Shown: positions 36,954-43,911 of the stretch, piece by piece
Position numbering within the stretch: position 1 is the first letter of the stretch
Layout of the letters: the number at the start of each line of letters is the position of its first letter
Assembly: GCA_031366795.1 (NCBI GenBank)
Contig: JANLOX010000252.1
Coordinates: 1-43,911 of the forward strand
Reading direction: 5' to 3'
DNA length: 43,911 nucleotides
DNA from: Candidatus Eiseniibacteriota bacterium
Lineage (GTDB): Bacteria > Eisenbacteria > RBG-16-71-46
The notes under the pieces: model-generated
Told to the model about the DNA's origin: nothing
The model's database searches: none
Seen by the model: the letters and a program-made list of their open reading frames with translations, nothing else
Position numbers and translations under genes: made by a program

Positions 36954-39872
36954 TCACTGCATCATGACGACCCGCGTCAACGTCACGTGGCTGCCGGCCT
37001 TGGCCCTGACCAGGTAGACACCGGCAGGCGACTTGCGCCCGTAGCGATCCGTGGCGTCCCACTGGATCCGGTGTGTGCCGGCCGGCATCCACGCGTTCTG
37101 CAGCGTGCTCACGAGCCGGCCATCGGCGCTGAACATCTCCACATTCACCGTTCCCGCCGTTTCCAAGTCGAGCGAAAACGCCATCGGCCCGCGGGCGGGA
37201 TTGGTCTGGGGCCTGAACGCAAACGCCTCGGGAGTCGGCTTGCCTCCCACTCCGGTGGTCTTCATCACCCGGATGTTCGCCGACGCCACATTGAGGCTCT
37301 TGGCATCACACTTGGCGTCCTTCACGGACAGCGTCGCGAAGTAGCCGCTCGGCCCGCTCGGCATCCCGTAGACGTGGGTGATGCTGGGGTCCGATTGGGT
37401 CACCGGATCCGAGCCGTCCCCGAAGTTAAATGTGTACGACGCGACCTGGTCGCCGTCCGCACCATCGGGGTCGGTGGAGGTCGCAGCATTGAATGCAACA
37501 GCCAGCGGCGCCGTGCCCGAGGCGGTCGAGGCCTCGAGGCGTGCGACCGGGGGCTGGTCGACGTAGCAGAAGCACGCGCCGTTGCCGACCAGCAAATAGC
37601 TGCCCTCGCCGGTGATGTCCGCTGCGTTGTTCTGTGACTTCTGCCCGGCATCTGGCCGCGAAAGGTAAGTGCGCACGTTGATCGCCTGCAGGTCACTGCC
37701 CGGCACCAGCGGCGTGTCGTCGGCCTTGCTGACCGCGAGCTTGATGGTGATCACGCCGCTCAGCGGATCGTAGCTGCCGAAGTCCGCGCTGCCGAGGGGC
37801 GTGGGCGTATTCGCGTTCGGCGCCGGCAGGGTGCCATCGAGCGGAAGCGCCGGACCGAAGTTGCCGTAGACGAAACTCTCGGCGCCCGTCGGGTCGGTCT
37901 TCATCGCCACAAACCTGCGATCACTCTGGTCCGAGGCGATCGTGTGGCGTTTCCAAAGGATGTACCACTGACTGCTCGGCGCCAGCGTGCCGCGCGGGCC
38001 CACCTGGAGCGTGAACCCGAGTTGGTTGACACCGGCACCGAGATACGGCTCGGCGATCGAGAGCGCCTTCACGTTCACGCTCGGGTCGGGCGGCAGGTTC
38101 TGGCCCGTGTCATTGTCGCTGCCATTGGCATTGATGTCGCTCACCGCCAGCAGGCCTGGCACCACGCATGCGCTCGCCACCGGGCTCCCGAGGGTCACCT
38201 CGGGACAGTAGGCGCCCTCGCCCTGCCCGTTCACGGCCGTGACGCGGTAGGTGATCAGATCGGTGGGATTCACGGACTCCGAGTAGCTATTGGCCGGCAC
38301 CGTCGCCGCCAGCACGAATGCGCCGTCGCCGATCTTCCGGTAGATCTTGTATTCCGTGATGCTCGCGCCACCATTGTCGGGCGCCGTCCAGTCCAAGTGC
38401 GCAACGCCATTGAGCAGCACCCCCGTCGGCCCGGGGGCTTCGGGCGCCGTGGGCTCGCCCGGATCCTTGTCGGCGAACATCCGCATGCCGCCACACTGCC
38501 GCGTGATCACACACTTCGCCGAGAACGAGTTGGGCGGGGCATTCACGCAGCCGCCCACACAACCGTCGTCCCAGCCGACCAGGATGCGCCCCTGCTTGTC
38601 GATCGTCATGTCGTAGAAGTCGAGCTGGTTGCGGCACGTGCCGTCGCTGCAGATCCCGCCGCGCTGGATCGGGTCCGCAGGAGTCAGGTTCTGGGTGGTC
38701 CACGTCGCACCGCCATCGAAGGTCGTCGCGATGTACAGGTACCAGATACCCGGGAAGTCGGGCTGGTCATATGCGCCCGCGGTCGTGGTGCCATAGAACG
38801 AGAACGCGGCACGATCGCCGTCGCCGGCCACCACCGCCGGGAACGCGCAATTCTGGATACCGAGCGATGCCCCCACGTCACGGAGCGGCCCCCAGTTCAG
38901 GCCCTTGTCGCTCGACATCGCGATGCGCGGGTGGCCGTCCGCCGACTGCCAGCCGAGGTAGATGTTGCCGTTGTTCGCCACCCCGACGGAGGCATCGTCG
39001 TCTACCATCGAGGTGGATCCGGGCACGCTGCGGATCGCCCAGGTAAGGCCATTGTCCTCGGACACGATCACCGAAGCCTGGCCTCCCTCGTGATACGGCA
39101 GGCTTCCCCCGCACGCCTTGTCCGGCACGTAGACGGTCCCGTCGAACGCCACCTTGATGTGCCCATGCAAGCCGGCGCAGTCGCTGATCGTGAACATCGG
39201 CACCGACGCCCCGAATGTCTGGCCGCCATCGAGGCTAAGCGCAATCGTGGCATCCGCGACGCACTGCGACGCGTAGTAGACCGCGCGCGGATAGACAGGG
39301 CTCGACAGCGGCGCGTGGAACGAGCCGCCGCCCACGGTCTCATGATCGACACATGACGGCGCTCCCGATCCCTGGCTCGGGTTGAAATGGTCGCCGTCAT
39401 CGTCCGTGAAGTCCGTGGTGCTGCCCGACGGAGTGCCGCCTTCTTCCTGCGTCACGAACGTGCGCCCCGTCACCCGGTCCGTGTACAGGATCGGATCGCC
39501 CAAGGCGCGAGGCGTGCTGGCGGTAAGCAACGCCTTCTGGTTCCAGGTCGCGACCGCCGGCGACTGGCAGTCGTTGAACACGACGTTGAGCATGTAGGGC
39601 GAAAAACCCCCGAAGTAATTCGCCGTACCGCCGTTGGCAATCGTCCGCAAGTTATTGCTGAACGATTGCTCGCGTGTCCAATTGCTGCCGATCGATGGCT
39701 CACCCGAGTCGTCACCCACCCCAGTCGGGGAGGTGAACTGGTGGAAACGCGGCGGACCCGCGGCGGACCAAGCGGGCGTCACGGCTACAAGTGGGAACAG
39801 CAGGAACGCCAGGGCGAATATTGGATGGGTCGAGCGCGGAACAGCGCGCGGCTCCAGCGAACGCAGTGCCAT
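36954..39872 (-). CDS. Large secreted BNR/Asp-box (sialidase-like) beta-propeller protein with FN3, PKD and FlgD-Ig domains
   Basis: ATG 39872 after GGAAGG. Signal peptide; Asp boxes TDDDGDHF, SLDGGQTF, SEDNGLTW, SSDKGLNW, TFDGGATW; FN3 (LDWTAP.NGG..ITEYKIYR...YRVTAVN..GEG); PKD (YTFNFGDG, HVY); C-terminal NP...WDATD..G..PAGVY. Confidence 0.88.
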   Translation of the reverse strand: MALRSLEPRAVPRSTHPIFALAFLLFPLVAVTPAWSAAGPPRFHQFTSPTGVGDDSGEPSIGSNWTREQSFSNNLRTIANGGTANYFGGFSPYMLNVVFNDCQSPAVATWNQKALLTASTPRALGDPILYTDRVTGRTFVTQEEGGTPSGSTTDFTDDDGDHFNPSQGSGAPSCVDHETVGGGSFHAPLSSPVYPRAVYYASQCVADATIALSLDGGQTFGASVPMFTISDCAGLHGHIKVAFDGTVYVPDKACGGSLPYHEGGQASVIVSEDNGLTWAIRSVPGSTSMVDDDASVGVANNGNIYLGWQSADGHPRIAMSSDKGLNWGPLRDVGASLGIQNCAFPAVVAGDGDRAAFSFYGTTTAGAYDQPDFPGIWYLYIATTFDGGATWTTQNLTPADPIQRGGICSDGTCRNQLDFYDMTIDKQGRILVGWDDGCVGGCVNAPPNSFSAKCVITRQCGGMRMFADKDPGEPTAPEAPGPTGVLLNGVAHLDWTAPDNGGASITEYKIYRKIGDGAFVLAATVPANSYSESVNPTDLITYRVTAVNGQGEGAYCPEVTLGSPVASACVVPGLLAVSDINANGSDNDTGQNLPPDPSVNVKALSIAEPYLGAGVNQLGFTLQVGPRGTLAPSSQWYILWKRHTIASDQSDRRFVAMKTDPTGAESFVYGNFGPALPLDGTLPAPNANTPTPLGSADFGSYDPLSGVITIKLAVSKADDTPLVPGSDLQAINVRTYLSRPDAGQKSQNNAADITGEGSYLLVGNGACFCYVDQPPVARLEASTASGTAPLAVAFNAATSTDPDGADGDQVASYTFNFGDGSDPVTQSDPSITHVYGMPSGPSGYFATLSVKDAKCDAKSLNVASANIRVMKTTGVGGKPTPEAFAFRPQTNPARGPMAFSLDLETAGTVNVEMFSADGRLVSTLQNAWMPAGTHRIQWDATDRYGRKSPAGVYLVRAKAGSHVTLTRVVMMQ

Positions 39873-40096
39873 CGGAGGCTTCCTTCCAGGAGGTGAGCAA
39901 GACGCCTCGGGATCCGCGTGCGAGTGCGCACCGCCAGCCCCGTGCTTCAGTAACCGCAAGAAGCATCGGTGGAAGGAGTTGGCTGGGAGTTGAGTGGCGG
40001 CGGGTTGCCCGCGCTGGGGGCGTCCGAAGACGTTGGCGGACAATGCGTTAAGAAATCGTATGAATTTCGTGGAGAAATTACAGGCGTGCAATGAAT

Positions 40097-40130
40097 CGCG
40101 CAAACGGGCGGGGAGCTTTCCCCGCCCGTC
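40097..40130. terminator. GC-rich hairpin; copy 2 of the repeated REP-like/terminator element
   Basis: CGCGCAAACGGGCGGGGAGCTTTCCCCGCCCGTC, 32/34 identical to 11296-11329, about 35 bp past the stop of the minus-strand gene ending at 40165. Confidence 0.7.
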
Positions 40131-40164
40131 TCAATCGAACTTGGTCGCGATGGGAGCTACCCGT

Positions 40165-40470
40165 TCAGACGCTGGTCGTCCTGGCGCTGGCGAACGTGAT
40201 GGCGATGTCGCCCGCGAGCATATGGGGCGCCGGGATGTTGAGGTCGGGCAGGTTCTGGCGAATCCACTCCCCCGCCTTCTGCGTCGAGGCATCGCAGCCC
40301 GCGCGATCCTCGCACACCGTGACCGAAGCAGCACCGCCGTCCGTCTGCACGAGGTAGTACGCGACGAAGCCGGGGATCACACTGATCAATGCTTCGATGT
40401 CCTTGCTGTGCCGGGTCAGTTCGTTCGCGAGCGTGGGTGCTGACTGGTAGTGCCGAATGACGGTGTACAT
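40165..40470 (-). CDS. Small ABM-like (dimeric alpha+beta barrel) protein
   Basis: ATG 40470 after GAGG. MYTVIRHY...IPGFVAYYLV...SVTVCED...EWIRQNL pattern; 101 aa. Confidence 0.7.
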   Translation of the reverse strand: MYTVIRHYQSAPTLANELTRHSKDIEALISVIPGFVAYYLVQTDGGAASVTVCEDRAGCDASTQKAGEWIRQNLPDLNIPAPHMLAGDIAITFASARTTSV

Positions 40471-40674
40471 GCTGACCTCGGGATGACGTCCCGGCGGTGG
40501 CACCGTGGATCGGTGCCGCGATCGGGACATGGGTGTCGGGTAGCTTGCGGATGGAAAGCAATCGCGTCAATGGGGGAGTTCGGAGTGTTGCGTGCGTCAT
40601 TCATCCTGCCTACGCTGCGCATCGTCGGTTCCGGTCGCTCAAAGGTGTGCACGTTGTATCGCACGGAGGATTCC

Positions 40675-41199
40675 ATGGCCAAAGCAGCTCGTGGCAAGCA
40701 GGCGGCGAAGAAGCGCGCAACGGTGAAGACCAAGGCGAAGCCGATCCCCAAGGCGAAGCCGAGCCCCAAGGCAAAGACCAAGGCGCGTCCCGCCAAGCGC
40801 GCGGCCGCCGCATCCAAGCCGGCCGCCGCGGCGATGTCGCGCATCGGCCTCATCACCCACACCGAACTTGCGAGCGCCAACCCGCCCGCCACCAAGGCGT
40901 GGTGCCAGAAGGTGCTCGGCTGGAAGTTCCAGCCGGCCATGCCGACGCCCGACGGCCCCTATCAGATGTGGCGTTCGCAGAACGATACCGGCGGTGGCAT
41001 CCGCTCCAACCATCCGCCTGAAATCCCGGGCACGATTCCCTACTGCGAGGTCAAGGGCATTCAGGCCACGTACAAGAAGGCGCTCGCAGCCGGCGCCGTC
41101 GAGGTGATGGCGCCGATGGAGATCCCGGGAGGCATGGGGTGGATCGCGGTCGTAAAGGCGCCGGGCGGGGTGCCGATCGGGTTCTGGGCGATGAGCTAA
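40675..41199 (+). CDS. VOC/glyoxalase family protein with a Lys/Ala/Pro-rich N-terminal tail
   Basis: ATG 40675 after GGAGG. ITHTEL...W...VLGWKF, GGGI, PY..V, A.AAGA..VM.PMEIPG.GW.AVVK.PGG..IGFW. Confidence 0.88.
   Translation: MAKAARGKQAAKKRATVKTKAKPIPKAKPSPKAKTKARPAKRAAAASKPAAAAMSRIGLITHTELASANPPATKAWCQKVLGWKFQPAMPTPDGPYQMWRSQNDTGGGIRSNHPPEIPGTIPYCEVKGIQATYKKALAAGAVEVMAPMEIPGGMGWIAVVKAPGGVPIGFWAMS
40730..40776 (+). repeat. Short 18-bp tandem repeat (about 2.6 copies) encoding KAKPxP
   Basis: CCAAGGCGAAGCCGATCC / CCAAGGCGAAGCCGAGCC / CCAAGGCAAAG. Confidence 0.7.
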
Positions 41200-41229
41200 G
41201 CGAGGCGCGAGGCACGGCGAACGCGAGCG

Positions 41230-42096
41230 CTACCCCGAGAACACATCCCTGAACGGTCCCAGGAACTTTCGCTCCGGGGACCAGTCGGTGATGGCGAACA
41301 CGATCTCGGCGAACGCTCCGCTGAAGTCGTGCTCGAGCGCCTGGCGGAAATCGGTGGCGGTGCGATGGGGGTCGTTGGCGAAGGCGCCACACCCCCACGC
41401 GCCGAGCACCAGCGTCGAATAGCCATACGCCCGCGCGATCGCGAGCACACGATGGATGCGTTGCTTCAACAAATTGGCCGACGCGGGCTGCCCCACTTCC
41501 GGCGCGAACGGCGCGGCGCAAGTGATGAAGCTCAGCAAGTACGGCGTCTCGAGTTCCGCGCCATCATCGGTACGGAACACTGGAACATTGGGCGAGTAGA
41601 TCGCCCAGTCCGTCGAATCCGGCAGCGGCCGTTCGCGATGGGCCTCGTACATCCGGTCGTTGACCAGCGTCTGGAACAGCGCGCTCGAGCGGCACAGCGT
41701 TTCTTCCTGCGCCCGCGCACCCGAAAGAAAGCCGCCACCGGGCTGGACGCCATTGGCGAAGTTCAGCGCGAGCGGCTCCACTCCCGTTTCGACGAGCCGC
41801 CGCGCAACGCCCAGTGTCGTCTCGTTGGTCACCAGCACGCGCGTCTCCGTAAACGCCTTCGGTCGCGGCTTCAACAGCTTGCCATCGGGCGGGATGCTCT
41901 TCTTGGAGCGCAATGCCGCCTTCACGTAGTGGCTCCAATCGACACGCTGGTCGCGGCCGAAGCGATAGTGCCCCCGCGTCGCGGCCTCCATCGCCGAGCG
42001 CCCGAGTGCGGCGGCGAGCTTTGCTGGGAGATCCAATTCCGCCTGGCGCGCCGCGGCCATGCGGGCGGTGTCGCGAGTGGGGAGGAAGGTCAGCAT
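41230..42096 (-). CDS. TIGR02452 / DUF2263 bacterial poly(ADP-ribose) glycohydrolase (macrodomain)
   Basis: LNFAN...PGGGFLSGARAQEETLCRSS (PARG GGG-x6-QEE signature), IYSPNVPVFR, ITCAAP, LVLGAWGCGAF.NDP. Confidence 0.92.
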   Translation of the reverse strand: MLTFLPTRDTARMAAARQAELDLPAKLAAALGRSAMEAATRGHYRFGRDQRVDWSHYVKAALRSKKSIPPDGKLLKPRPKAFTETRVLVTNETTLGVARRLVETGVEPLALNFANGVQPGGGFLSGARAQEETLCRSSALFQTLVNDRMYEAHRERPLPDSTDWAIYSPNVPVFRTDDGAELETPYLLSFITCAAPFAPEVGQPASANLLKQRIHRVLAIARAYGYSTLVLGAWGCGAFANDPHRTATDFRQALEHDFSGAFAEIVFAITDWSPERKFLGPFRDVFSG

Positions 42097-42105
42097 TCGG
42101 TGAGG

Positions 42106-43488
42106 CTAGCGTGCCGCGGAGTCAGCGGCAATGAGGGCGCTCGGTAGCCGTCCCGGCAGCATCAGTGCCGCGAGGGCCGCGAGCACGAGTGCGGCCATGT
42201 AGCAGATCGCCGCGGCGTGGTGCGAAACCACGCCTGGATTCGCTGCGAGCAGCGCGCCGAGAATCGAGATGCCGAGGACGCCGCCCAAGTAGCGCGAAGT
42301 GGAGAGCGCGCCGCCTGCCATTCCGGCTTGCGCATGATCGACGGCGCTCATGGCGGCGGATTGCGACGGAGATGTGGCGAGCCCGAGCCCCGCGCCGACG
42401 AGGATCAAGCCGACCAACGCATCCGCAGGCACCGCGAGCTTCGAGAAATTCGAAATCACGAAGATGCCCGCGAGCGAGATCATGCAGCCTATGAACGCGA
42501 TCGGGCGCGAGCCGAAGCGTTCGGCGAGGCGGCCGCCCACCGGCGCCAGCGCCACCATCGCGATCATCATGCCGATGAGCGAGCGGCCGGTGGTGCCGGA
42601 GTGAATGCCGCGCACCTGCTCGAAGAAGATCGGCACTTGGAACAGCAACGCATACATCGCAAGGTTCTGCAGCCCGACTACCGCGTTACCCGCGGCGAAC
42701 TCGCGAATGGCGAACATGCGCAGGTCGATCACGGGCGAGGCGGCGCGGCGCTCCCACGTAATGAACGCGACGAGCAGCACGGTTCCGCCGAGTGCCACCC
42801 AGGGTGCTGTGGCGCCATGCATGCGACTGGCCACGACAAGCGCGGTGAGGGACACGGCCAGCAGCAGCGTGCCCTCGAAGTCGAAGCGCGGGCCGCGCGC
42901 GGTGGCGGCTGACGTCGCCGCTGCGGGCGGCGCTGCGGGCGCTGCGTAGCGGATCATCGCGAACGCGACAAGAATCACCGGCAGGTTCGCGATGAACACT
43001 GCGCGCCAGCCGAAGTGCGCCACCAGCTCGCCGCCGAGCAACGGGCCGATCGCCGCGGCGGTTCCCATCACTGCGCCGAACGTGCCGAAGGCGCGCGGCC
43101 GCCGCTCTTCCGGCACGGAGTTGCGCAACAGCGCCATCGTCGCCGGCACGACCATCGCGCCGCCGATCGCCATGGCGATACGGGCCAGCGCCAGCGCCGG
43201 CAGCGTTGCCACGAGGAAGCCCAACGCGGAGCCCGCAGCGTAAACCGACATGCCGATCGTCAGCCCGCGGCGATGCCCGATCACGTCACCGAGCTTGCCG
43301 CACGGGCTCATCGCCACGATGCCTGCGATCAGGTAGCTCGCGACCAGCCATTGCGTCAGCGCTCCGCCCGGAACATGCAACTCTGAGCTGATCGAGGGCA
43401 GCGCCACCGCGATCATCGTGGAGCCGAGCGGCGACAACGCCGCGGCGAGGAACATTCCGGTGAGCAAGATGCCACCGCGAGGGTTCAC
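42106..43488 (-). CDS. MFS drug-efflux-type transporter (DHA2/EmrB-QacA-like)
   Basis: GTG start 43488 overlaps the upstream stop. TMIAVALPSI, GKLGDVIGHRR (motif A), GPLLGG..GWR.VF.ANLP, P.IDL.MF. Confidence 0.92.
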   Translation of the reverse strand: MNPRGGILLTGMFLAAALSPLGSTMIAVALPSISSELHVPGGALTQWLVASYLIAGIVAMSPCGKLGDVIGHRRGLTIGMSVYAAGSALGFLVATLPALALARIAMAIGGAMVVPATMALLRNSVPEERRPRAFGTFGAVMGTAAAIGPLLGGELVAHFGWRAVFIANLPVILVAFAMIRYAAPAAPPAAATSAATARGPRFDFEGTLLLAVSLTALVVASRMHGATAPWVALGGTVLLVAFITWERRAASPVIDLRMFAIREFAAGNAVVGLQNLAMYALLFQVPIFFEQVRGIHSGTTGRSLIGMMIAMVALAPVGGRLAERFGSRPIAFIGCMISLAGIFVISNFSKLAVPADALVGLILVGAGLGLATSPSQSAAMSAVDHAQAGMAGGALSTSRYLGGVLGISILGALLAANPGVVSHHAAAICYMAALVLAALAALMLPGRLPSALIAADSAAR

Positions 43489-43911
43489 ACACCCCCGCGG
43501 GTGATGGCACGGCACTGCAGCAGGTACAGGCGATCGCCCTCGAACGCCCACTCGATGTCGAGGTCCATGCCGAACACGGCCTCGCAACGCAGCGTGAGTT
43601 GGTGGAGCGCAGCTAGCGCCGCATCCGACAACACCGCCGCATGCGCGCGCGCGTCGTCCACCACCACTTCGGTGGTGCCGCCGCCCACATGCAACCGCAG
43701 CGCGATGTCCTTGACGCCAATCGATTGCTCGAGGAGGCGACCCTCAGGATCGAGCCGGTAGGAATCCGGCACGACCGCGCCGGAGACGACCGTCTCCCCC
43801 AATCCCCACGCCGCCTCGATCAACCGCTCGCGCGCGCCCGTCGTCGGGTTGCGCGTGAACAACACGCCCGCGCAATCCGCGTCGATTAAGCGTTGCACCA
43901 CCACCGCAATC
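43485..43911 (-). CDS. PEP/pyruvate-binding (PPDK_N, ATP-grasp) domain protein, C-terminal fragment; 5' end outside the window
   Basis: VVQRLI.AD.AGVLFTRNP, IEAAWGLGE.VVSG.V.PD, DIEWA..G.LYLLQCR.IT; the protein ends right after this domain. Confidence 0.9.
   Translation of the reverse strand, partial: IAVVVQRLIDADCAGVLFTRNPTTGARERLIEAAWGLGETVVSGAVVPDSYRLDPEGRLLEQSIGVKDIALRLHVGGGTTEVVVDDARAHAAVLSDAALAALHQLTLRCEAVFGMDLDIEWAFEGDRLYLLQCRAITRGGV

Overview
GC-rich bacterial chromosomal segment from a diderm (it encodes Omp85, TolC and porin-type proteins). Two secreted proteins end in FlgD-Ig/T9SS-like C-terminal domains, which suggests an FCB-related or Candidatus Eisenbacteria-like organism (inference). 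I see about 34 genes or gene remnants and no rRNA, tRNA, CRISPR array, integrase or transposase. Blocks: (1) 1-3.3 kb, overlapping genes for a PiT phosphate transporter, a POTRA-less Omp85 barrel and a secreted atypical kinase-fold protein; (2) 3.5-10.5 kb, an LPQTA-tagged repeat protein, class D-like sortase, M48 peptidase, two PAP2 phosphatases, a DUF1206 protein and a DAGK-family lipid kinase; (3) 12-23.2 kb on the minus strand, a Cyc2-like cytochrome-porin, a His/Cys-rich small protein ending in an RSPP arrest-like motif, TolC, an unusual hairpin-less tandem-HEGHD adaptor, CzcA/CusA, a lipoprotein, CopA and a half-size TauE, with no recognisable metal regulator in the window; (4) a Ser/Thr kinase and a beta-helix protein; (5) 27.8-35.4 kb, a divergent SWIM-SNF2 helicase and MORC-like GHKL ATPase flanked by two damaged toxin-antitoxin-like pairs that the ORF track misses or truncates; (6) a methyltransferase, BNR/FN3/PKD protein, VOC protein with a histone-like tail, bacterial PARG, MFS transporter and a PPDK_N fragment. 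A 34-bp palindromic element occurs twice, about 29 kb apart. All family calls come from motif recognition by eye; no database searches were run.
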